Shown here piece after piece: positions 9,115-18,763 of a stretch of 64,000 bases of DNA. Both the position numbers and the translations under genes were made by a program. The notes beneath the pieces were generated by a model. That model was not told where the DNA came from. It did no database searches and worked only from the letters and a program-made list of their open reading frames with translations. The stretch is from Candidatus Omnitrophota bacterium. GTDB lineage: Bacteria; Omnitrophota; Gorgyraeia; Zapsychrales; JANLHA01. The stretch lies in the NCBI GenBank assembly GCA_031423615.1, contig JANPFV010000015.1, forward strand, positions 14,666 through 78,665. The letters run 5' to 3'. Position 1 is the first letter of the stretch. Each line of letters opens with the position of its first letter.

Positions 9115-9516
9115 ATGAAAAAAAATAAAAGTTCATACGAAGGATTGCAATCGCATGTGCGCGACTTGAAAACGCCTCCGATTGAGGTTTGGAAAAATCA
9201 GTATGCGAGCCGGGACTATACGGTGGAAATAGAAATTCCCGAGTTCACATGCATTTGCCCTAAAACCGGACTTCCGGATTTTGCCACGATCAAAATTGAT
9301 TACATCCCGGGGCAAACATGTCTAGAATTAAAGTCTTTGAAAATGTACATCGTTTTCTTTAGGGAGATTGGGATTTTTCATGAGCATTTAACAAACAAAG
9401 TTCTCGACGACATTGTTAAGGCTTGCGCTCCCCGGTGGGCCCGGGTCACGGCCGTGATGAACCCCCGCGGAGGCCTGGCGACAGCGGTCAGCGCGGAATA
9501 TGAAGGGAGGAAATAA
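9115..9516 (+). CDS. queF: NADPH-dependent 7-cyano-7-deazaguanine reductase
   Basis: [17 protein letters not shown] with catalytic Cys; ELKSLKMYI QueF motif; AAGGAG RBS. Confidence 0.85.
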   Translation: MKKNKSSYEGLQSHVRDLKTPPIEVWKNQYASRDYTVEIEIPEFTCICPKTGLPDFATIKIDYIPGQTCLELKSLKMYIVFFREIGIFHEHLTNKVLDDIVKACAPRWARVTAVMNPRGGLATAVSAEYEGRK

Positions 9517-10223
9517 TGATCAGGGCCGACGGAAGAAAGTTCAATCAATTGCGTAAGATTACGGTCACGTGCCCTTTTAATAAGCATGCGGAGGGTTCGT
9601 GTTTGATCGAATTCGGCGATACCAAGGTCGCTTGTACTGCGACGGTGGAAGACAGTGTCCCGCCGTTTTTACGGAATTCCGGCAAAGGCTGGGTCACGGC
9701 CGAGTATGGCATGCTGCCCCGTTCGACCCATACGCGGATGAACCGCGACAAAACATTGACGACGGGACGGACCCTGGAAATCCAGCGTTTGATCGGGCGT
9801 TCTCTGCGGGCCATTCTTGATACCAGTAAGATGGGAGAGAGGACCATTAAAATCGATTGCGATGTTTTACAAGCTGACGGCGGAACACGTACGGCGTCGG
9901 TGACCGGCGGGTATATCGCCTTGGTTTTAGCGGTTAAAAAATTATTAAAGACCGGAATCCTGACCGTTAATCCCTTGACGGATTCCGTTGCGGCCGTTAG
10001 CGTCGGGATTTATAAAGGGCAGCCGGTTTTAGATTTGCCGTATGAGGAGGATTCTGCGGCCGACATGGACATGAATGTGGTCATGGTCGGCAAAGGACAA
10101 TTTGTCGAAGTGCAAGGCACAGCCGAGAAAAATTCTTTTTCCAAGAAAGACATGGATCAGCTTTTAAAATTAGCGGAAACGGGAATTAAAAAACTAAAAA
10201 CCATCCAGAAAAAATATGCGTGA
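9516..10223 (+). CDS. rph: ribonuclease PH
   Basis: [18 protein letters not shown]... plus full-length RNase PH-like sequence; 1-nt TAATG overlap with queF. Confidence 0.9.
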   Translation: MIRADGRKFNQLRKITVTCPFNKHAEGSCLIEFGDTKVACTATVEDSVPPFLRNSGKGWVTAEYGMLPRSTHTRMNRDKTLTTGRTLEIQRLIGRSLRAILDTSKMGERTIKIDCDVLQADGGTRTASVTGGYIALVLAVKKLLKTGILTVNPLTDSVAAVSVGIYKGQPVLDLPYEEDSAADMDMNVVMVGKGQFVEVQGTAEKNSFSKKDMDQLLKLAETGIKKLKTIQKKYA

Positions 10224-10827
10224 ACTGCTCGTCGCCACCAAGAATCAGGGCAAGATGCGGGAAATCCGTGAACTTCTCAAGGAGTTTGATGTTAAAGTGA
10301 CTTCATTGGCGGATTATCCGGATTGCCCTGCGATTGTTGAAGACGGAAAGACTTTCAAAGCCAATGCGATCAAGAAAGCGATGGTCATTGGCCAGCATAC
10401 CGGAAAATTGACCTTGGGCGAAGATTCCGGTTTACAAGTCAAGGCCTTGAAAAACCAGCCGGGCATTTATTCCGCGCGTTTTTCTGGCCCGGACGCGACG
10501 GACGAAAAAAACAACAATAAATTGTTGGCCTCGTTGAAAAATGTTTCTTTGACCCATCGCCAAGCCCGCTATCGCTGTGTCGCCGCTTTATGTGAAGGAG
10601 AAAAGCTTGTCGGAGTCGTTGAGGGCAGCTGTGCGGGGATGATCATCGATAAACGTCGAGGGAAAAACGGGTTTGGTTACGATCCGCTTTTTTTAATTCC
10701 CCGTTATCAACGAACATTTGGCGAACTTGATCCGGCCATTAAAGCGCAAATCAGCCATCGCGCCCGCGCCTTAAAGAAGCTCAAAATTTTTCTGGCGCAA
10801 TATTTTAAATCCCACGGACAAAAATGA
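10216..10827 (+). CDS. rdgB: dITP/XTP pyrophosphatase (Ham1/RdgB)
   Basis: [17 protein letters not shown]...FGYDPLF; the conserved rph-rdgB pairing. Confidence 0.85.
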   Translation: MRELLVATKNQGKMREIRELLKEFDVKVTSLADYPDCPAIVEDGKTFKANAIKKAMVIGQHTGKLTLGEDSGLQVKALKNQPGIYSARFSGPDATDEKNNNKLLASLKNVSLTHRQARYRCVAALCEGEKLVGVVEGSCAGMIIDKRRGKNGFGYDPLFLIPRYQRTFGELDPAIKAQISHRARALKKLKIFLAQYFKSHGQK

Positions 10828-10921
10828 TTATTTGGATGAACTTCTCCTGAAAAGAAAAATCTCTATTAAAGCAAGACTGTTTCCCCCCCAAAGTAGAATT
10901 CTCTTTTATGTGTCGGGTCAA

Positions 10922-13768
10922 TTAATGGTCGAGAATATCTTCCATCATGCCGGTGATTCCCTGAAAGATTGATCCTGTGGTTTTTTCCAGCATTTTCAAG
11001 GGAAGGATTTTGTATTTGATCTGGGGTTCAGAAAATGTTCCGGTGAGTTTGATTCCGATGATATTCTTTACCACTTGCGAAATGATGGTGGTGGGTACCG
11101 CTTGGATAACCGAAGCCCCGACAAGCGGTGCTTCGCGAACTTTCGCAATCACGTCAAAATTGATATTACGGTCTAGGTCTATCCAGCCTCGCGCTGAAAG
11201 ATCGGCGGGAACGCTCTTTAAAATCAAATCTTCCGTGGAAAGCCGTCCCCCCGCTATTTTGAAAGACGCTTTTCCTTCGGCAAATTCAATTCTTTTATAA
11301 TCCTCCACGATCAAGCTGTTAAACAAGATCTTCCATATCCCTTTGAGCACTTCAAATTCAAGCAGTTTCCCGTTATTGACAAGGATTGCGCCGGTGCCCT
11401 TTAAATTCTTAGGGTTGAAAAAAGGTCCGCTCATTTTCAAGTTAGCTGATAAAGTCCCGGAAAAATCTTTTTTTTCTAAAGAAGGAAAATTCTTTTTCAG
11501 TTGGGATAAATCAAATCCGGAAATTTCTGCCGAGATATCCACGGGGACATTCTCCGCCGTCAGTGCTAACTTTGCATCGACAGAAAGACGGCCGTCATAA
11601 ATGACCGTGGTGAGTTTTATATCTTTCACATTTTCTTCGCGCGTCGAGCAATCCGCCGCTATATTTTGAAAATTATATCCATAAAGGGTGACAGAAGGGG
11701 AGGTGATTTTTGCCGAGAGATTCAGTTTCTGTAAAGACATGGCCGGTAAAATATATTCCCCTTTAAAGGTGACAACCCCCGCGGGAGAAATCGCTTCCAA
11801 ATTCTCCGGCGGATCTTTCAATAAGGCGAGATCGGTAAGATCGAGTTGAATCATGCCCTTGAGGTGAGCATTGGGAGGGGTGCTGCGGATTTCGATGTCG
11901 CCTGTGAGATCAAATGAGGATTTGTAATATTGCCCGCGAAGGGAGGAAAATGAAATGATGTTTTCATCTGCCGTGCCAGTTAAGGACACTTTTAAATTTT
12001 CTTTTGAAAGAGTCGCCTGGATTTGCGGGGCCTTGAAATTTTTTATTGTTCCGGATAAAGAAATGGGCTTATGCTGGAACACAAAATTTAAGTTTTCACT
12101 GGAAGCTTGGTCGCGGCTGAAAGAAAGTTTGCCTTTGAGATTTTTTATCCCCCCGATTTTTGGAAGACCCAGTAAAGTATCATCGGCGAAGAAAATGGCG
12201 CCGCTGTAATTGAGACGTCCGGAGTCGATCTGAGGGTCGCGGTTTAAGACAAGGTCAAAAGCGGGATGGCCTTCGAATTTTATTTGCGGGGACGTTGTGA
12301 TGCTCAGGTTCTGTGTCTTAAAATGCCCTTGCCCGGTAAGGACGGAATGATCATCGGTTATATTGATATTTTCTCCGTCGATATTTCCGCTGATCATTTT
12401 GTCCAGAAAAAAACCGGTCACGCTTTGAGAGGAAAAGTTCGGAACCTTTAAAACGATGTCTGCGTCCTTCTTCAGGATTTTTATTGCGGCGGTGCTGAGA
12501 CCAGCCGTGATGTCCCAAACCTCATCTTTGAAAGTCCCCTTGGTGATTTTAACAAGGCCGGAAAGGTCAAGCGCGGAACCTTGTTTGTTAAAGCGGACAC
12601 TTTTAACCTCGGTATCGCCGGTCAAGGTCTGGCCCGCAAAAATCATTTTTGCTTCCCGGTCGAATACATCCCCTGTCATGTGAAACTGATCCCCTCTTTT
12701 TTGAAAATCAATATTTGTGCCGGAGAAATTCCCCGCAAATGTTTTGTCATTATTAATGGTGATCGCTGTATTCGGGGCCAAGAACTTGCCTCGCACATCG
12801 AAATCACGGCCTTTTTTACGGTAGATAAAATTTTCCGAAATCACGGTCCCCTTCGTCCGTACCGCGGGAGAGGTCTTCGTCGTAATATCGACGGTGCCGG
12901 CCATGGAACCGGCCAGCAGAAATTCTCCATCCTTAAATTTGAAATTCAGTTCGGCTGTTGTGATCAGCCATTGATCAAAAACAACATACAGGGGGACTCC
13001 CGTCAAGCTGATAAAGGCCGGAGGGTTCAAATTTTTTATGTCAATCACCGCCTTCAATTCTTTATTCGCAGTGATAAATTCTCCGTTGGCCTTGAATGTG
13101 GAATGGCTGACCGGGACCCCAAACGCCACGGTCAAATGAACACGGTCAGGCAGAAGCGTATGGACGCTGGCTTCCAGGTCCGTGATGGTTTGCGTGGCGT
13201 GCGGGTCGGAAATGATGATCTGACCATTTTCGATATTGACTCCACCGAGGGAAAAGCGGGATTCTTGCGGTTTAATTTTGGCGGCGCCTTGGGGTGATGT
13301 TTTACTGTCGGTCTTGGGCGTTAAGAGATCGGAAAAATTCCATTGGTTGTCGGTGATACGATTGATGTGAATAAGGGGTTTCTGCAAGGTGATGGCCGGG
13401 ATAAAGACTCGTCCGGTCCGCAAAAGGTCAGGCAAAGGAACACTAAAACGGACTTCTTCGACCATGACAAAAGGCAAAGGGCTGTTTCCTTTTTCTCCCA
13501 CACGGACCCCTTGGAGTACAAAACCTTTGGCCAGATGAAAACTCATTTTATCGATCGTGACCTCACGTTTGAAAAAAATCTTGGCTTTCGTCGTAATAAA
13601 ATTCTTGGCTTGAATGGGAAGAAAAACAGTGTTGAGATAGAAGAGGGCTGTCTCTGCCAATAAAAGAAGAAGACAGAGAATGAAGATGGTCTTTTTCAAA
13701 CGGTGCATGACGGCATTATATAGAAAGTGTCCCTGCTGTTCAAGGTTCGCCCAAAATGTTCTTAACAA
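10922..13768 (-). CDS. AsmA/TamB-like large envelope protein (948 aa), N-terminal membrane anchor
   Basis: N-terminal hydrophobic segment IFILCLLLLLAETALFYL followed by a long beta-rich, repeat-like body typical of AsmA-family proteins; start is ambiguous between 13768 and the internal ATG at 13708. Confidence 0.55.
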   Translation of the reverse strand: MLRTFWANLEQQGHFLYNAVMHRLKKTIFILCLLLLLAETALFYLNTVFLPIQAKNFITTKAKIFFKREVTIDKMSFHLAKGFVLQGVRVGEKGNSPLPFVMVEEVRFSVPLPDLLRTGRVFIPAITLQKPLIHINRITDNQWNFSDLLTPKTDSKTSPQGAAKIKPQESRFSLGGVNIENGQIIISDPHATQTITDLEASVHTLLPDRVHLTVAFGVPVSHSTFKANGEFITANKELKAVIDIKNLNPPAFISLTGVPLYVVFDQWLITTAELNFKFKDGEFLLAGSMAGTVDITTKTSPAVRTKGTVISENFIYRKKGRDFDVRGKFLAPNTAITINNDKTFAGNFSGTNIDFQKRGDQFHMTGDVFDREAKMIFAGQTLTGDTEVKSVRFNKQGSALDLSGLVKITKGTFKDEVWDITAGLSTAAIKILKKDADIVLKVPNFSSQSVTGFFLDKMISGNIDGENINITDDHSVLTGQGHFKTQNLSITTSPQIKFEGHPAFDLVLNRDPQIDSGRLNYSGAIFFADDTLLGLPKIGGIKNLKGKLSFSRDQASSENLNFVFQHKPISLSGTIKNFKAPQIQATLSKENLKVSLTGTADENIISFSSLRGQYYKSSFDLTGDIEIRSTPPNAHLKGMIQLDLTDLALLKDPPENLEAISPAGVVTFKGEYILPAMSLQKLNLSAKITSPSVTLYGYNFQNIAADCSTREENVKDIKLTTVIYDGRLSVDAKLALTAENVPVDISAEISGFDLSQLKKNFPSLEKKDFSGTLSANLKMSGPFFNPKNLKGTGAILVNNGKLLEFEVLKGIWKILFNSLIVEDYKRIEFAEGKASFKIAGGRLSTEDLILKSVPADLSARGWIDLDRNINFDVIAKVREAPLVGASVIQAVPTTIISQVVKNIIGIKLTGTFSEPQIKYKILPLKMLEKTTGSIFQGITGMMEDILDH

Positions 13769-13868
13769 GAATAATCGGTGATTTTATTGATTTTGGAAGA
13801 TGGTTATAGTAAATTAAAGGCATTCAAAGAACGATCCGCGCGTCCCGTTTTTAAAAAGCCAGAGGTCT

Positions 13869-14765
13869 ATGGTTCCAAGTTCTGCACAATTATTATCGCA
13901 AGTTGCTGTTCCGCTGGACACCGATTACATCGGCATTTATCTGACCAATCGCTGCTTTTTATCCTGTCCTTATTGCATTACCAATTACAATGAACAATTT
14001 ATCAATTTAAAAATTTTTCGCGAGTTAGAACCCGACGAATGGATCGAGGCGTTGAACCGTTTGGTTCTGCCGCCGGGTGTGCCGTTGACATTTCAAGGAG
14101 GGGAACCTTTTATTTACAAAGGCATTTGGGAAATTTTAGAAAATATTCATCATAAGGTCGATATTCTGACCGCGCTTCCGCCGCAAGTCACCGTCGAAAA
14201 ATTTAAACAGCTCAAGAAGATGAACTGGCACCGCCGGGACGCCCCTTACCCAGCGATCCGGGTGAGTTATCATAAAGGCCAGAACGACTATAAGCAGCTC
14301 GTCGCTCGCATTAAGGAATTGCAGGAATTTTTAAGTATCGGTCTTTTTACCGTTGAACACCCGGCGTACCCGGAATTAATCGAAGAGGTTCGCGCTTATG
14401 CCAATGAGCATGGTGTAGAGTTTCGCACCAAATCTTTTTTAGGCGAATGGGAAGGAAAAACATACAGCCGTTACAAATATCCCGATGCCTGCGGCAGCCG
14501 TCCTATAAAAAAAAATGTCAGGTGTAAAAATACAGTCTTCCCGATCGGGCCCGATGGAAATATTTACCGCTGCCATTCGGATTTATATGGCCGCCGACAG
14601 GACATGGTCATTGGAAATCTAATGGATCCGGAATTAAAAATGGAGCACCGTCATCGCCATTGTGCTTTTTACGGGACGTGTATCCCCTGTGATGTCAAAA
14701 TCAAGACCAACCACCTTCAGCAAGACGGTTATACGTCGATTGATATTCTCTTCGAGGATGAGTAA
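13869..14765 (+). CDS. radical SAM protein
   Basis: Cx3Cx2C motif (CFLSCPYC) near the N-terminus; additional C-terminal cysteines (CHSD...HRHCAFYGTCIPCD). Confidence 0.6.
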   Translation: MVPSSAQLLSQVAVPLDTDYIGIYLTNRCFLSCPYCITNYNEQFINLKIFRELEPDEWIEALNRLVLPPGVPLTFQGGEPFIYKGIWEILENIHHKVDILTALPPQVTVEKFKQLKKMNWHRRDAPYPAIRVSYHKGQNDYKQLVARIKELQEFLSIGLFTVEHPAYPELIEEVRAYANEHGVEFRTKSFLGEWEGKTYSRYKYPDACGSRPIKKNVRCKNTVFPIGPDGNIYRCHSDLYGRRQDMVIGNLMDPELKMEHRHRHCAFYGTCIPCDVKIKTNHLQQDGYTSIDILFEDE

Positions 14766-15687
14766 TCCCAAAAGAATTCTCATAATCAAGACCGGATTTT
14801 CCGAGTTTCTTGATCGCGGCATCTCGACGACCGTGAGTCTGGGCGATGTGCTCTTTTGCACGGCGCTTTTGCATGTGTATAAGGATGACCATGTCACTTG
14901 GATGACGGCGTGGCCGGTCCGGGAGTTGTTGACGGCAAATCCTTTGATTGATGAGCTTTTGATTTTTGGTCCTAAAGTTTTCGAGGAAATCAAGAATCGT
15001 GAATTTGATATTCTGGTTAATTTGGAAAAAGACATCGGCATCTGCACCTATCTGAGCCAGATCAAAGCCAAGAAACGCTATGGATTTTATTTTAATGAAC
15101 GTCTGCACGATATCTCGACGTATAAACCATCCACGCGTTATCTGCTGGCTGGCCAGGAAAACCACCGTGGGGTGGACAAGAATTTTTTTGAGATTTTGTA
15201 TGAGACGGTCGGTCACAAGTGGCGGGGCCAAGGCGCTTGTTTGCCGGCGAGAAAAGTGCGCAAGGAAAGATTTGATTTTGGCTTTAATCACGCGGTCGGA
15301 TCCAAATGGCCGACCAAGGCGTGGTCGCAAGGGCAATGGAAAAAGTTGGAACACATTTTAGAAAAAAATTATACCATCAGTTGGCAGGAAGGATTTTCAA
15401 ACCTCAAGAAATATCAGGATTGGCTAAGTTCCTGCCGGGTCATTGTAACGTCCGATTCGTTGGGGCAAGTGCTGGGGCAGGCCTTGGGAAGAAAAGTCGT
15501 CAGTCTTTACGGTCCGACGGATTTCCGCCGGGTGAAAGGCATTCCCAATATTTTTCCGATCCCGGCGAAGATGGCGTGTCCGCATATGCCTTGCTATTTG
15601 TTAACCTGTAAACATCATCAATTTTGCATGGACACGATCATGCCGGAAGAAGTGGCCGAGGAGTGTCAAAGGGTCTTATCATCATGA
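14758..15687 (+). CDS. glycosyltransferase family 9 (heptosyltransferase-like)
   Basis: start set at the ATG at 14758 (MSNPKRILIIKTGFSEFLD..SLGDVLFCTALLHVYK), resembling the GT9 N-terminus; overlaps the previous gene by 8 nt. Confidence 0.6.
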   Translation: MSNPKRILIIKTGFSEFLDRGISTTVSLGDVLFCTALLHVYKDDHVTWMTAWPVRELLTANPLIDELLIFGPKVFEEIKNREFDILVNLEKDIGICTYLSQIKAKKRYGFYFNERLHDISTYKPSTRYLLAGQENHRGVDKNFFEILYETVGHKWRGQGACLPARKVRKERFDFGFNHAVGSKWPTKAWSQGQWKKLEHILEKNYTISWQEGFSNLKKYQDWLSSCRVIVTSDSLGQVLGQALGRKVVSLYGPTDFRRVKGIPNIFPIPAKMACPHMPCYLLTCKHHQFCMDTIMPEEVAEECQRVLSS

Positions 15688-16676
15688 AAAAAGTTTTCGT
15701 CACGGGTGGGGCCGGTTATGTCGGCGCGGTGCTGGTCCCTAAATTACTCAAGGCGGGTTATGAGGTCAAAGTGCTTGACCTTTATCTATATGGTGAGGAT
15801 GTTTTTCACGAATACAAATCCCACCCGCATCTTATCGAGATCAAAGGAGATCTTCGTGATGTCGCCTTGTTGGAAAGGGAAATCGCCGGCATGGATGCGG
15901 TCATTCATCTGGCCTGCATTTCTAATGACCCCAGTTACGAACTCAATCCCGCGCTCGGAAAGTCTATCAATTACGACGCTTTTCTGCCTTTGGTTGCCAT
16001 CGCCAAACAACACAAAGTGTCCCGTTTTATTTTTGCTTCCTCGTCGAGCGTTTATGGATTAAAAGATGATCCTCATGTCACGGAAGATCTTCCTTTGGCT
16101 CCCTTAACCGATTATTCCAAATACAAGGCGATGTGCGAGAAACATTTATTGGCAGAACAGGCTAAAGATTTTATCGTGGTCATTTTGCGTCCGGCCACGG
16201 TGTGCGGATATTCCCCGCGCCTGCGTTTGGATTTGACCGTCAATATTTTGACCAATCACGCTATCAACAAAGGACTGATCACCGTTTTCGGCGGAAAGCA
16301 AAAACGCCCCAATATTCACATTGAGGACGTCACGGATTTGTACGTGCAGACTTTGGAACTCCCCCCAGAGAAAATTGCCGGTCAGATTTTTAATGCCGGA
16401 TATGAAAATCATACCTTAGATGAGATTGCGGATATGGTCCGTCAGGTCATTAAAAATCCTCATCTTAAGATTGTCCATCAAACGACCGACGACAATCGGT
16501 CCTATCATATTTCATCAGAAAAAATCGGCCAGGCTTTGGGATTCCGTCCCCGCCATACAATTGAGCATGCGGTGGCCGATTTAAAGCAAGCCTTTGCGGA
16601 AGGTAAAATTCCGGATGCCATGACAGATTCGAAATATTACAATATTAAGACCATGCAGAAGATGGAATTGCAATGA
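15684..16676 (+). CDS. NAD-dependent nucleotide-sugar epimerase/dehydratase (extended SDR)
   Basis: start at MKKVFVTGGAGYVGAVLV (Gly-rich NAD site); YSKYKAMCE YxxxK motif; ATGA overlap. Confidence 0.8.
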   Translation: MKKVFVTGGAGYVGAVLVPKLLKAGYEVKVLDLYLYGEDVFHEYKSHPHLIEIKGDLRDVALLEREIAGMDAVIHLACISNDPSYELNPALGKSINYDAFLPLVAIAKQHKVSRFIFASSSSVYGLKDDPHVTEDLPLAPLTDYSKYKAMCEKHLLAEQAKDFIVVILRPATVCGYSPRLRLDLTVNILTNHAINKGLITVFGGKQKRPNIHIEDVTDLYVQTLELPPEKIAGQIFNAGYENHTLDEIADMVRQVIKNPHLKIVHQTTDDNRSYHISSEKIGQALGFRPRHTIEHAVADLKQAFAEGKIPDAMTDSKYYNIKTMQKMELQ

Positions 16677-18763
16677 ATTTGAAAGCCGCTCCGCGGGAGG
16701 ATATAAAGCAAAAAGATATCGTTTCGTTGTGGCGTTCCATGCTGCGGATCCGCCGGGTTGAGGAAAGGATCATTCTTCTTTATCCTCAGCAGGACATGCG
16801 CTGTCCGGTGCATTTGTGCATTGGCCAAGAGGCTGTGCCCGCTGGGATTTGTCATGTTTTATCGCCGGAAGATTTGGTGTTAAGCAATCATCGCGCCCAC
16901 GGTCACTACTTGGCCAAAGGCGGAAATTTAAAAGCGATGTTTGCAGAAATGTATGGCAAAGCCGGCGGCTGTTGTCTGGGTCGCGGCGGATCGATGCATT
17001 TGCTTGATTTGAAAGCCAACTTTTTAGGTTCAACGCCCATAGTGGGGGGCTCCATTCCTGTTGCGACCGGAGTGGCTTTCGCCGAGAAAATGCAGGCTAC
17101 CGGTAAAACCACCGTTGCCTTCTTTGGTGATGCCGCTGTCGAAGAAGGCGTCTTTCATGAAAGCCTGAATTTTGCCGCTTTAAAAAATTTATCCATTCTT
17201 TTTGTCTGTGAAAATAATTTGTATTCCGTTTATACGCCGCTCAATCAGCGTCAACCTCGTCGAGATATTGCCCAATTGGCCGCAGGACATGGTATCAAAA
17301 CCATCCGGGCTGATGGGAATGATATTTTTGCGGTTGTCGCGGCGGCGCAAAAGGCGCAAGAATATTTAGCCGCAGGCTGCGGGCCCGTCTTTTTGGAGTT
17401 TGCCACCTACCGCTGGCGGGAGCACTGCGGACCTAATGATGACAATGATTTAGGTTATCGCACTCCGGAAGAATTTTTAATTAAAAAAATGGAATGCCCT
17501 CTGGAGCGTTTAAAAGAATATATCGTTAAAGAAGACATTTTAAACGCAGCGCAGATCCAAGCCATGGAAGAAGACATCGCCGTTGAAATCGATGAGGCTG
17601 TTGCGTTTGCCAAGGACAGCGCTTATCCTGCGCAAGATGTTTCCTTAGAAGATGTTTATAGCCCATCGTTACCGGCCATACATACGGAAAGTCCAACTCG
17701 TGAGTTGACCTATAGCGCCGCGATCCGCGAAGCCACCGATCTTTTGCTGGCTTCTGATCCGAACATTTTTTTGATAGGCGAAGGTGTTCCCGACCCCAAA
17801 GGGATTTTTGGCACCACCGTCGGCTTGCAGAAAAAATATGGAGCCCAGCGGGTCATGGACATGCCGGTTTCCGAAAGCGGCATGACCGGCATTTGCATCG
17901 GCGCCGCCCTGCGCGGAATGAGGCCTTTGATGACCCATCAGCGTGTGGATTTTTCTCTGTTCGCTCTCGATCAAATTATTAACAATGCTGCAAAATGGTA
18001 TTTTATGTTTGGCAAAAAAGCTTCGGTACCGCTGGTGATCCGCATGATCATTGGTCGCGGGTGGGGACAGGGGGCGCAACATTCGCAGAATTTGGCTTCG
18101 CTTTTTGCCCACATTCCGGGATTAAAAGTCATCATGCCTGCGTTTGCCTGCGACGCAAAAGGAATGCTGATTGCGGCCGTGCGAGACAATAATCCGGTGC
18201 TGTGTTTGGAACACCGCTGGTTATACAATTTAAAATCCTTCGTTCCGACGGAAAGTTACACGATTCCTCTGGGGCAGGCGCAGGTGATCCGCCGTGGGGA
18301 TGACGCGACGGTTGTGGCCAGTTCCCATATGGTTATCGAGGCTCTCAAGGCCAGCCAAATTTTGGAAAAAGAAAATATTCATTTCGATGTGGTGGATTTA
18401 AGGACAATCAAGCCGCTGGATTATGAAACGATACGCGTTTCGCTTAAAAAAACCGGAAGGTTGATCGTTTTGGATTCCGGTTGGCCTTTTGCCGGTATCG
18501 GTTCTGAGATCATGGCCCGCGCCACCGAAGAGAATTTTAGCGACATGAAAACCGCTCCGCGCCGCGTGACCTTACCGGACATTCCGGTCCCGTCGGCAGC
18601 GGCTTTAACCAAGAATTTTTATCCCGGATTCCGGCAGATCGTAGAAAATATTTTATTGAGTTTGGGAAAAGAAATGACCGACATTGAGCAGATAGTGTCA
18701 CGCATTCCCGTCGAGCAAACACCGCACGACGTTCCTGACCCGACCTTTACCGGACCGTTCTAA
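16673..18763 (+). CDS. ThDP-dependent 2-oxoacid dehydrogenase E1 component, alpha and beta subunits fused in one polypeptide (696 aa)
   Basis: N-terminal half carries the E1 alpha ThDP-binding region (GQEAVPAGICHVL...NFLGSTPIVGGSIPVATGVAFAE); C-terminal half carries the E1 beta/transketolase-like region (VMDMPVSESGMTGICIGAALRGMRPL). Confidence 0.8.
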   Translation: MNLKAAPREDIKQKDIVSLWRSMLRIRRVEERIILLYPQQDMRCPVHLCIGQEAVPAGICHVLSPEDLVLSNHRAHGHYLAKGGNLKAMFAEMYGKAGGCCLGRGGSMHLLDLKANFLGSTPIVGGSIPVATGVAFAEKMQATGKTTVAFFGDAAVEEGVFHESLNFAALKNLSILFVCENNLYSVYTPLNQRQPRRDIAQLAAGHGIKTIRADGNDIFAVVAAAQKAQEYLAAGCGPVFLEFATYRWREHCGPNDDNDLGYRTPEEFLIKKMECPLERLKEYIVKEDILNAAQIQAMEEDIAVEIDEAVAFAKDSAYPAQDVSLEDVYSPSLPAIHTESPTRELTYSAAIREATDLLLASDPNIFLIGEGVPDPKGIFGTTVGLQKKYGAQRVMDMPVSESGMTGICIGAALRGMRPLMTHQRVDFSLFALDQIINNAAKWYFMFGKKASVPLVIRMIIGRGWGQGAQHSQNLASLFAHIPGLKVIMPAFACDAKGMLIAAVRDNNPVLCLEHRWLYNLKSFVPTESYTIPLGQAQVIRRGDDATVVASSHMVIEALKASQILEKENIHFDVVDLRTIKPLDYETIRVSLKKTGRLIVLDSGWPFAGIGSEIMARATEENFSDMKTAPRRVTLPDIPVPSAAALTKNFYPGFRQIVENILLSLGKEMTDIEQIVSRIPVEQTPHDVPDPTFTGPF

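Noticed and set aside
12581-13297. 238-aa ORF on the + strand inside the AsmA-like gene
   Set aside because: Lies entirely antisense within a much longer, coherent ORF. The protein is low-complexity (G/R-rich) with no motif. This is a typical shadow ORF.
14701-15354. 217-aa - strand ORF overlapping the GT9 gene
   Set aside because: Antisense shadow ORF; the + strand gene has family motifs and operon context.
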